From NCBI GenBank assembly GCA_028534125.1, contig CM052816.1, positions 93,932,001 to 93,996,000 of the forward strand: 64,000 bases of DNA. The letters are read 5' to 3'. The notes under the pieces were generated by a model. That model had not been told where the DNA came from. It was given only the letters and a program-made list of their open reading frames with translations, and made no database searches. Positions 39,301-50,495 of the stretch are shown here, piece after piece (within the stretch, counting starts at the first letter, position 1; the number at the start of each line of letters is the position of its first letter). Both the position numbers and the translations under genes were made by a program. Source of the stretch: Lama glama (Eukaryota).

Positions 39301-41484
39301 ATATGTGGTTAATAAAATACAAAGATTACTGAGTGAAATAAAGATCATGTTAGAAAAGATATTGGGAAAATAACACTTTCAGGCACTGCAATGAAAGAGT
39401 CAAGTATTACAATCTTTCTAGAATGAGGCTGAACTAAGTAACACACGGAAATTCAAAATGTGCTTTCTTACTGACTTTCACAGTTATTTTCTTAAGTTAA
39501 GCAAAATGCACATTTAAGACTGTGCACTACAAAGTCACATATAGTAGTAACAGCTGGAAACTACTCACATATACGTGAATAAGGTACTTACTTAAAGAAA
39601 ATATAGGTCATTCATACAACAGGGTACTTATAAAGTCCTTTAAAAGTTAAAGTGGATTATACATTGTTAGATGAACATCGTGTGGCTTTACTTACACAAA
39701 GCACGTATATGTCATCCTCATACAAACAAAAATACATCTGCGTGAAATAGCTCCAAAGATACAATAAATAATTGTGATGTTATTTAACTCTAGGAAGTGA
39801 AATTAAGTATAATTTAAGATAGAACTATCGATCACTATTAAACCATTTATACAGCTCTTGGAATTCTCACCAAGTGTTTGTCAATTTCTAAATTAATAAA
39901 CACTGAAGTAGAGTCAGAAAATATTTATTGAATGACCCCTTTATACCTGGCCCAGGAGACAAAATGATGAATATAACTGACATACCTATTGTTTTTATGA
40001 TGCTAAGACATTTTGGGGAAAGAGAGTGAAACTCAGAAATAGGAAATGAATGGACTCAGCAGAAGAAAGAAGTGATTTCAGAATGTGTATTGGCTTCCGA
40101 AGAAGCCCTGCAGTGAGGATAGCAGAATTCAGGACTTAAGAAGCATCTAGACCAATAGAGACCTAAACCCAGTTACACCTTGTTACGTTTTATAGATGTA
40201 CACAAAGCACCTAAGAGGAGATTTAAGACTGTAAATCCATATGGAATTTGGACTAGATCCCAGATTGAGAGTGTAAGAATTTGATGATGGAAATTCAAAT
40301 GGATTAGTGCCATTAATAAAACTAAAATATATGGAAGTCACTATTGCTCAGAGAAAGAATATTCACATTATTGAATATTTGGCACTATCAATGTATTCTA
40401 TCCAAATACAGAAAAGTGCTGATGAACACATTTGTGAATGGTTAATTTTTATTTCAGCTCATCTGCTTTGTCCCTCTGTTACGTGGTTCTTTGCATTCTC
40501 CCGGTGAACAGTATCAGTGTCTTATGATAGCTAGAATTTAGGACAAGAAATTATTTCTAGTGGAGCACATTTCGACAGCAGTAAGAACAGAAAATTTCCC
40601 CTTCTTTTAAATTTGAAATCATTGGGTTTCAGTATATTTGTAAATTGTTGGAGTCAAGGAATTACTATGTTAACATATGTTGAAGTGAAAGGATTTTCCT
40701 TCCATAAGAAGAGAAATACGATTTTTAAATTGTTTACAAAGATCAGCATGTGATATGAAATAAGAAAATTCGACACTGTTTTTCAAAAACATTTTCCGAA
40801 TCACTGAAAACAAGACCCTCTAATTTAGTTTCTTTGTCTCTATTTCTGTCTCTGTCTATTTCACTTTTTCAGTCTCTCTCTCTCTCTATTTCTACATCTA
40901 TCTTTCTCCATCGCTCTCACTCAGTACATCACTGGAATGTAAAATCCCATTTGAAAAAGGTTATCTAAATAGCAACTAGCTTTAGGAGTCTGCATACCTA
41001 ATCTCCAAAACACTTCTGGAACCTCTATTTCAAAAAAAAATTAAATGGAGAACATTTATCTTTCCATTGAAAAATTATACTTACCTTCTGAGCCATCCTG
41101 CTTACTCTAACATGAAAGCTGGTACTATTCACTAGACAATGCCAAATAAGGTTTACTCTTTCACATGAAATAATGAAAAGCATTTTGCCTCTACTTTGTA
41201 TTAGTTACCGATAATGTCAGTTGCACAAAAAATAAAAAGGCAAAAGGGAAGAAAAAGAGGCTTAAAAGCGGTAAGGGTTTATTCTTCTCACATGGTGCAT
41301 CTGAAGATGACTTTCGTTAGAGCTATCTCAGTTGGTCACATTGTCAGTTGGCAAGTTATATTTCACCTAGATTTTTTCCTTTATGGCCATTTGATTATTG
41401 TTATGTCTTTAACCATTATATCCTTGTTTGATGTGAGATAGTTGAGAACAGATTTGGGGTTATGACTCAGCAGAGTTTACTGCA

Positions 41485-42045
41485 AGCTTCAAAATGCAAT
41501 GTGGCAGTATATTTTAGGAGACCTGTAAAAAGATCGTGCTACTTGGTTCCTAAATTTCCCTCGTAGCAAATATCTTAAGGAAACAAGAAGAAACATGTAC
41601 AAAAAGGAGTGTTTAAAAATATGCACGTCAATTTTTACACTAGAAAAATCTTAGAATCAACCTGTAAGTCTAATTGTAAATGGACTCACACTGGATTATG
41701 CAGTCATTAAGAAAAGGCATATAAATATTAATATGAGCAGGATATATATATACTATGATCCAAATTTTATATACGCATGATTATATATACACACACAAAT
41801 ATACATGTATACACACATACACACATATATGTAACATTATATATGTCATATTAATCAAAGTAGTTAGCAAAATATATTGGTAGGAAATATACAAGTATGT
41901 TGACAGCTATAATAAATAATCTCCATCTACCAAACTATTTTCCAGCTAGTTTTTAATATTTCCTTATGCTTTGCTAGATGGTCTAGATTTTCTAAAATTA
42001 GGATCTACTATTTTAATAAATTGAAAATGTTGAATATAATAAGAA
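41485..42045 (+). mobile_element. Old L1 (L1ME/MC-like) 3' fragment with an AT/CA-rich tract
   Basis: gcaatgtggcagtatatttta...gaatcaacctgtaagtc...ggattatgcagtcattaa. Confidence 0.5.
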
Positions 42046-42234
42046 AAATGAAGTTTTACTGCTGACTCTGAGAACAATTGCTGTTGTAATTGTGGACATG
42101 AAATGGCTGAAGCAATACAACGTATTGGAAGACACAGAGCCTTGCTTCCTCATTGGATTAAATAATACTCCTCTGTGTATCTTTTGTTATACCAATTTTA
42201 AAGCCACTTACATAATTTTCTTTTCACACACTTT

Positions 42235-42606
42235 AGAAAAATACCATATGAGATCACTCATATGTGGAATCTAAAAAACAAAAACAAAAAACAAAGCATA
42301 AATACAAAACAGAAACAGACTTATAGACATAGAATACAAATTTGTGGTTGCCAAGGGGGTGAAGGATGGGAAGGGATACACAGGATTTTAAAATTGTAGA
42401 ATAGATAAAACAAGATTATACTGTATAGCACAGGGAAATAGACACACGATCTTATGGTCGCTCACAGAGAAAAAAATGTGACAATGAATATATATATGTT
42501 CATGTATAACTGAAAAATTGTGCTCTACACTGGAATTTGACACAACATTGTAAAATAACTATAAATCAATAAAATAAATAAATAAATAAGTAAACTAAAA
42601 AAAAAA
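42235..42606 (+). mobile_element. Relatively young, 5'-truncated L1 3' end with A-rich tail
   Basis: aaataccatatgagatcactcatatgtggaatctaaaaa...ctgtatagcacagggaa...gacacaacattgtaaaataactataaatcaataaaa followed by (TAAA)n and polyA. Confidence 0.92.
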
Positions 42607-43626
42607 GTGAACTGTAGCATCCATAATTTTCCCACATGAATAGGTACATCAATAATCAATATAAAAATTCACATTTCTACAATTCAAAATATTTAAAATA
42701 TTTCATGGAAGTTCAATATAAATAACATATTTTATATTTTTGCTCTTCAGTTGATTATTGGCCCTTGATTCCATTATGAAAAACCTTAAATGTGAAAATT
42801 CCATCCCTATTTTATATCCTAATATTGAAAATATAATCTGATAATTTGGAAGACTTCATTAGATGCAGGGGAAAATATTTTCTCCTTTTAATGAATATAA
42901 GTGGAAAAAAATAACAAAAATATTGTTATTAAGGATGTATATGTGCAACAAATTCTAGAAATATATTTCCCATTAAAAAGTCTCTAATAACAATTTATAT
43001 ACATAGTTATTTCACATACAGTTGGCTTCCTAAATCATGGACATAGCTGCTTGTGCAGTGTCACTGAGTTTACAATTGTCCTGGGACTATTTTCAGTGGT
43101 GTAGATCTAGCATGTCTGCATTATTAAACAAGACTGCCTGGCTTTAAAGATGCAATGACCCAAACTTATGAGGATTCTTCTTGTGTTCATATTTCCAAAC
43201 AGTTTCTCCTAATATGGCTCTAAACTTTCCTATATTAAATGCTCAGACAGAGTCAGACAAGAATGATACAAACACAGCCAAATAGCATTGATCACAGCAC
43301 GAAGTTCAAACCACTACTGATCGTTAACTTGGTCCTGTGACAAGTTGTGGAACCCAAATTCTGTCCATCTTTCTCTAAAGTGGTCTTCAGAAGTCAAATG
43401 ACTGACCTACTTTTCCCTACAATTGTACTCATATGAACAAATCCTATTAGAAAAAAGAAAAAATGATAAAGCTGAAATTAATTACCCGTTTTCATATAGA
43501 ATTTAATGGCTATTTGAGGATTTTTTTAACTTATTTATGCAGTGGATAAATTTCAGCCAAAATTTCACATGCACCCTAATTTAGAAAGATATGAGCTCTA
43601 ATAATCAGTACCACCTGATTTTACAT

Positions 43627-44153
43627 TGTTACCAAGCAAAGGCTTCTTGCCTGCTGCTCAAAGAAAAGACCAGACATCAAGGCAAAATTCTTTTGCAGAG
43701 AGAAGAGGCTTTATTGCAGGGTGGCCGAGCAAGGAGAAAGGAGGCAAAGCTCAGCTCTGTCTCCCCGGTCTGGGGTTCAGACAAGCTTTTCTGGGTCAGT
43801 GGAGGAGGGTTGATATTGGAAGCACTGATGGGACAGGTTTTGATTGGAGGGTAGGGCAGTTGGTCCTTTATTGCCAGGTCTCGAAAAGGGGCTTCAGCAC
43901 TGGGTCTCCTTGGACAATGGTCCTTTCCCTTCTGAGAGGGTTTGGGTATTCAGGGTCTGGTCAGGTTCCAGTCCTTTGGATTCATGAAGGGGAGAATTTT
44001 GGTTCTCAGTGTTATTTGAGAAAATATGCTCCTCTGAGCAAGCTTCAACTGCGTGACTTGTGGTTTTGCTCTGCTGTCTCTGAAAACAACACAATGTCTC
44101 ATTATCTTGTTAATAGCAAGATGGGGCCAGTTTGGGTTGGTTCTGTGGCTACG
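43627..44153 (-). mobile_element. ERV1-class solo LTR, about 527 bp
   Basis: tgttacc at the left end; minus-strand AATAAA (ctttattg near 43709); CCAAT box (gattgg near 43842); flanked by near-identical 4-mers ACAT and ACAC (putative TSD). Confidence 0.8.
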
Positions 44154-44322
44154 ACACTGTCCACGATTTCTAAGTCCAAGACTGACATGACTAGATAAGA
44201 TCTCCATTATTGTCATATTATCCTGTGAATGGCATGGCTAACCATCCAGTTTTGCAAGACAAATCCCAGGGATACAATTTTGACTCCATTCCCCTTTTCT
44301 ATGCTGTTCACTAAACACACTT

Positions 44323-44357
44323 GCACGCACGCACGCCCACACACACACACACACACA
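44323..44357. repeat. (CACG)n/(CA)n microsatellite
   Basis: Directly visible. Confidence 0.9.
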
Positions 44358-45259
44358 CCATCTATTTTATCACCAGTGATAAGCACAGGGAAACATACAC
44401 CCCTCTATATTGATACAGATAAAGATAGTAATGATACAAATTCCTACAGAGAGCTACAAGGGTCATAAACACCACAGCCTTCTCTCTAGGGGTAACAAAT
44501 TTCACTGGGCATCTAGTCCCTAGATCATCATTCTCCTTTCATTATTCTAACTGGGTAGACTCTTTACCTTCTCAAAACCTCCTGACCACCTCCTGACATT
44601 CTAGGGATGGTGATCTGCAAACTGGTCCCTAGTAACAGATGAGGTCGTTCTTGAACAGTAGTCAGGAAAGTGATATAAAAGTCAATTTGCAAGGACAAAC
44701 TTTTTCAACAGCCTCAGACTCTAGCTCTGGCTTAAATCTTTTTCTACCAAAGTCTACCTAAAAATCTCTCTTTGCACCCTACCATCGTACATGTCTCCTG
44801 CCCTCTTTCACCACCACCTCTACTTTGGAATATTACTGAAGACCCTTCCAACAATTTGATTTGGCTGATGTGGCGTGGCTGTGTAACTATCTGGAGGAAA
44901 GTCTAACCAGAAGCTGCTAGGAAATTCTTGCACCCGGCCCCCCTTTAGGAAAAGACTGACTGTACTAGATGAATACTCTGATAAGGTAGCATTTCATGTT
45001 CTGAGGATTGGACCTACTTGTGTGCAACTTGGTATTCACCAGTAGGAGAGGGAAGAGAAGGGAGCAAGGATATGGAATTACCAGGCTGAGAGGTTATTAG
45101 AAGAATCTTAATGCATTTTATCAAATTGCATCCTGTATGGTTTGGGACTTAAGTACCAGACTCCATCCATTCTCCCTAGGAGGTGATGCAGAGAATATCA
45201 TTTTGCAAACTCTGAATCCCTTTTCCACTGGCAGCATGCTGATACCGAGGCATGGGTGC

Positions 45260-45442
45260 ACCGGTTCTCAGTCGTTGACAATCATCACTACCCTCTGGTC
45301 GGCTTAATAAAACACATGGCTGGGCCTCACCTCCAGAGCAATGTTCAGTAGGTCTGGAGTTGAGCCTAAGACTTTTCATTTCCAACAAACATCTAGCAGC
45401 TGATGCTGCTGATGGGAAACCACACTTTGAGAATCCCTGGTT
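45260..45442. mobile_element. MER5A (hAT-Charlie)
   Basis: ggttctca...gctgggcctcacctccagag...tcagtaggtctgg...gctgatgctgctg...accacactttgagaatccctg. Confidence 0.85.
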
Positions 45443-46329
45443 AATCTAGCTTACAGTTTCCATTACAGGACTCTCCTTATTTTTGTCACAATCTCAAATT
45501 TCTACATGGAGGCAATTTTATTTTTATCTTGGCAAGAGGAAATCCAAGATAAGCTTCAGATTATAGGTGAGTTCAAGTGTAACAGAGTCATAAATGTGGT
45601 GAGAATGAACGCAGAATTTAATAACAAATTAAAATAAAGATAAATTGAGAAAAAAATTAATTAATCTGACTTTGATAATTTTGTCCTCTCTGTAAAAGAC
45701 AGCGAAGAGTCAGAAAATGATTTTACCTTCTTCAAGTTTCTATGGTGACTTCAAATTGAACTGATTATCATTTCACATGAGCTATTCTGAATGAGAGAAA
45801 GACCTTCATCTAAGCTTTCATTTTTGAAAGTAGTTCTGCCATTCTAACTTCCTCGCCAGAAGTTGGAATGGCATCTGCTCCAAATGTCCATTGTAAGATA
45901 TGATATTGAAAAGCCAGATGTTTATTCTCGCCACACTATATATAAAGTGTTCAATTTCTCCACTATGCAAGCTGAATAGCTTCTTGCCAATGCAACTTGG
46001 TAAAATTAAGTTACAAATTTCTTTCATCGCTTAGAGCTACATTTTTTCTTAGTCAAATTATTTTATTACCAAACATATATCTTATCAACACCTAATATTT
46101 TCTAAATGACTCAACAGAAGGCATAATTATAATATAATTACATTTTGATAAAGAAGTATCCAAGGGAAGGTCAAATTAGAATGCAGCATTGCAACAACAC
46201 AAGAGAAAAACATTTTTTAAACAATGTATGTTTGGTCTCATCATTGGAAAATGTGTATGCATACCGCTACACTGTGAAAAAAATAGGCCACTTCTATGCT
46301 AACATGTATGTATGCAGCCTTTCAGTTGT

Positions 46330-46530
46330 CTTGGTGATTCTCAACTGGAGATGTTCTTGCTCCCAAGGGACATTGGGCAGTGGCTGGGGACATTTCTTGA
46401 TTATTATAATCTGGGGGAGATGCTAACTTGCTAATGAGTGGAGTCCAGGGATGCTGTAAACCCCATACAATGCACAGATCAGCTCCCCAGACCTAAGAAG
46501 TATTCAAACTAAAATGCTGAGAAACTCTGA
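46330..46530. mobile_element. MER20 (hAT-Charlie)
   Basis: attctcaactgg...cccaagggacattgggcagtggctggggacattt...ccagggatgctgtaaaccccatacaatgcacag. Confidence 0.85.
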
Positions 46531-47047
46531 GAAGCCTAAATCACTGAGTTGCAGGTCATCTGAAGCTAGTGAGCTCCATTTTCCCTTTCACTTCTGTAAT
46601 ATAATCCAGAGACAATGGTGTCTGTATAAAAATATCAATCTGTAGACAATGACCCTGCTCTGAAATATTTTGGGTGGATGCTTACTAACTTAACATATGT
46701 AAGAAGAGAAAGAGATGAAAGCTTTAGAGTTTCCAAATGATCCCCTTTGCATCAGGCAAACCTCCCAAAGGACCTTGAAAATCGAGAATTCCTTTGTTGA
46801 CCAAATATATCAACCTCAGAGGAATTATTAAAAGGTTAAGAATTACTCTACTTTATGCTGAATTCTTCAGTAATGAACACTGTTTTCTCAATCCGAAAGG
46901 GCAAGGATTAGACCAGATGCTCCAATTCTACCACCAAAATGAATGAAGGAAGCAAACACCAAAAAAAAATGGCCAGCGAGGTTTCCTCACTGATTTAACA
47001 ATCTACATAGTATTCATAGATTCTGTTTAACTTTCACGTGTACTGAA

Positions 47048-47050
<3 letters not shown>

Positions 47051-47085
<35 letters not shown>
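47051..47085. repeat. (TA)n microsatellite
   Basis: Directly visible run of about 17 TA units. Confidence 0.95.
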
Positions 47086-47089
<4 letters not shown>

Positions 47090-47370
47090 ATGTATGTAAT
47101 ATATAAACATATATTACATATAGGAGTACATTACTTAGCTATTTTTGTCTAAAATGTTCTCATCTGGTTATTATAAATACTATTTTTATAATATTTTCTT
47201 TTTCTAGTTTTAGTGCAGGTAAGAAATTATAGTATTTTATGCCAGATTTTTCTCACCAAGAGCAACTTTCACTTATCTTGAACCAATTTCACATAGTGAA
47301 AACGTAAAAATACCGACTTTATTTTACGTGTAGGAATTTTTTACATATAAAATACAAGACTGTAAGTAAC

Positions 47371-47500
47371 TTTTTTTTTTTTTTTGGTGTTGGGGGGAGA
47401 GATAACTAGGTTTATTTATTTATTTTTAGAGGAGGTAGTGGGGATTGAACCCAGGATTTCATATATGCTCTCTATCATTTGGGCTGTATTCTCCACCACC
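47371..47500 (-). mobile_element. tRNA-derived SINE (Vic-1-like) with full 3' tail
   Basis: PolyT, ggggggagagataactaggtttatttatttatttttagaggaggtagtggggattgaacccagg; the reverse complement matches the head at 16934 and adds the AT-rich tail. Confidence 0.85.
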
Positions 47501-47589
47501 CCACCTACCCAACGAGTGGCTTTTAAATAAGCCAGCTCCCTTCCTGCCTTTCTTCTTAATTTTGTTTTCCTCTTCTAGTCTCAAATGTT

Positions 47590-47760
47590 TCATTCCTTCC
47601 TTTCTTCCTTCCTCTCTACCCCCACCCTCTGTTCCTCCCTCTCTCTCCTCCTTTCTTCCTTCCTTCCATTCTTTAGTAAATGTTTATCAAGCACCTACAG
47701 ATTCCGAAGGACTGCTTTAGACAGTAGAGATATGACACCAAGTGGACAAGAGTTTACTGC
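47590..47760 (-). repeat. (TTCC)n-like pyrimidine tract merging into an L2 3' end
   Basis: cattccttcctttcttccttcc...cattctttagtaaatgtttatcaagcacctac. Confidence 0.7.
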
Positions 47761-48499
47761 GGGAACTTTCACCAGGCTCAGCTGGTACTGTTAAACCACC
47801 ATTCAGCTGGACATCTGTGTCTTGCAGTTCCTTCAAATCAACTGCGAAAAGAAAAATGATTTTAATTTGATCATGATAGATGGAAACATCATAGGAAATA
47901 GGTTTATCGAGACACAGGATCTGAAACTATAACACATATGTGTTGTGACCATCCTCATGTGACAGTGGCCTGGGACATCAATACCTCTATGAAGATAAGG
48001 CAATTTCACGAATTCATCTCAACACTACATATTGTTATTGACCAGCTGGATTATTTATTCCCTTAAGGTCACTCATTTTTATGGTTCCCCATTGACCTCT
48101 AAGCCAAGCAGCCAAGCCTCTATTGTGTGACAAAAGTCCATCAGATTTGGCACCAGTGGTGGATGAAATTTGCCTCCACCTCACCAACTTCTGTCAAAAT
48201 TAGTTGCACAAATGGAAACATGAAGGAAGGTAGTCATCTAATTCTTCTCTCCAGGAGCAGCCGACTCTCAGCTTCAGCTCAGCCAAGACAGCATGGTTCA
48301 TTATAGTAATGCTATTTCTCACAATATGGGTGCCTACAGTTACTGGCCTGAGCACATCTGGGAAATAGCTTAGTTCCCTAGGAACAGAGGTCCAAAAGAA
48401 AAAAAGAAAAAGACAGATTGACAGTGGCAGGTACCCATATGACCATAGTCATACGGAGAAGTTAAAGCTTTAAAACTGGCCATTACATAAATTATAAGA

Positions 48500-48810
48500 G
48501 CTTATATACAAAAAGAATGTGTTTTATCCTGTACACAAGGAGGGTATTAAACAACAGAGTGATAATACTACAATTATATTCTAATGATAGTTTAAACACT
48601 GTTTCAGGGGATGTTAATATTGATAGTAAGGAAAAATTAAGAGGACACTGTGGTAGTCCAGTCATGGAAACTTGGTTAGAATATCGTTCAAGAAATAGCT
48701 GATAGATGGCTGATGTTATGTTGGGCATATGAATGAAGACAAGGGAAAATTTGGGATTATAATCTGCTTTAGTTTTTGTCACCTAGGAAGTAGCCATACC
48801 ATTAATTCAG
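48500..48810 (-). mobile_element. L2 fragment, degenerate
   Basis: ttttatcctgtac...acagagtgataata...aattaagaggacactgtggtagtccag. Confidence 0.5.
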
Positions 48811-49477
48811 AATAGAGCTTGAGGCATGAGATTTAAGATCACTACCTCTGTCAGATTAGCATAACCACTTGTTCCGTGAAACCCTTGGGCAAGTATTTAA
48901 AGTTGTACCCCATAAATATTTCCCCTGCTTGCTTCATAACATTTCAGAAAATTAATTGAGACAGTTTTTCATCCGAGCCATGAGCTCTCTTTTTTGGACA
49001 ATAGATTGCTCACCTGGGCAGAGAGCTTGCTTATCAGGCAGCAGTTTATTTATCATGGTTTTCTTTAACCGCCCTCTCTCCATCTGTATCCATCAATCCT
49101 AAACTAATATGCCATTAACTGTCCAATTGTGATCCATTTCCCATCTTTCAGTCAATATGGGTAGCTTTTCCCAAACTGTCCACTCTGAGACTGCATTGAT
49201 ATTCTGCCAAAGCAGTGTTTTGTGTTACTACATTAGGTCTAATAGTCCTGTCTGTGCTTGGTCAAAGGTTTCCTTGGTTGTTTGTTTAGTAGCTGAGAGG
49301 ACTTGACAGTCAGCACATGGAGAAGAATATTAATGCTGGACCTAATAAGGGTAGGTTTGAGCACACTGATTTTGAAGGGCCTATAAAATGTTCCCGAAGT
49401 CATTCCCAAGTACCATTTGGAAATACTGATCCTTCACAAAGATAATTTTTAACTGTAGCAAAACTTCAGACTATAAT

Positions 49478-49645
49478 AGTTAACATTTACTCGGAAATTA
49501 CCTGCCAGACACTGTTCTTAGCCTTTTGCATGTATTAATATTCAGAACAACACTTTGAGCCAGATAGAATTGCTCCCCCCTGCTTTACAAAAGAGGAAAT
49601 TGAGGCACAGAAGTTAAATAACTTGCAAAAGGGCAAGAAGTTAGC
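49478..49645 (-). mobile_element. MIR SINE
   Basis: aacatttact...tgccagacactgttcttagcc...tttacaaaagaggaaattgaggcacagaagttaaataacttgc. Confidence 0.85.
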
Positions 49646-49851
49646 TCAAATTTTTAACAATTCTACTGTGCTATCTCTTTCTGAGTGACTTACTTTTTTC
49701 TCTTTCATTTCAAAACAATCTATTTATATATAGGTATATATACATATATCTTACAATATTTGCCTAGAAGCATCCAAAAATTACCATTATAGTATATTTT
49801 GTGTATATTCAGAGACACTTTTAAATTGATTTTCATGACTAATTTCCACAC

Positions 49852-49900
49852 TTTTTTTAACATTTTTAATTGATTTATAATCATTTTACAATGTTGTGTC
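49852..49900 (-). mobile_element. Ultra-short (about 49 bp) L1 3' terminus
   Basis: Reverse complement gacacaacattgtaaaatgattataaatcaatt matches the terminus of the L1 at 42539-42575; flanked by ccacacttt and ccacatttt. Confidence 0.8.
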
Positions 49901-50419
49901 CCACATTTTAAAATACCCCAAATGCTTACATTCATTTACACTGATACAATTTTAAAAAGATGCATTTGACAAACTTTTTTTAAAAAATTGCATATCAACC
50001 TATTTTTTCCAATTTCCAGAAGAAAAAAGAGAGATCAATTTATGTCTAGCATCATGCACCTTACAATTGGCATGTATAGAATGGAAATCTTGTATTTTTT
50101 CACACCTCAACATGTGCACCTTACAAGCAATAGAAAGCATTCATTCTTTAAAAAATTTTGGACTGTGTTTATTTGTACCAGGGATATTGTTTTAAAGGAA
50201 TTTAAAAGAAAAAAAATCAATGCTCAAGAAATTATACCTAAAAATAGTAAAAATTTTAATCTGACAATTATGTAGATTACTTCATCTGCAAGATCTCCCC
50301 ACTGTCTACAAGCCATGCTCTAAGTTGCTTTCTATAGTCATACGCTTCCACTGCCACGATTTTTGTATCTGATAATCACTCTGTTGTGCAAAGACAACTG
50401 GCTTCGATCCACTGTTGGG

Positions 50420-50495
50420 CTTTGTTACTCAAAAACGTGATCTGTGAACCAGTAGCAGCATTTAGAACTGCAGAATCTTGGGGCCCAACCTAGAA
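50420..50495. mobile_element. MER5A-like fragment
   Basis: ttactcaaaaacgtgatctgtgaaccagtagcagcat...gcagaatcttggggccc. Confidence 0.55.

Noticed and set aside
43626..44198. 190-aa ORF
   Set aside because: Antisense read through a solo LTR with a non-ATG start and no recognisable domain.
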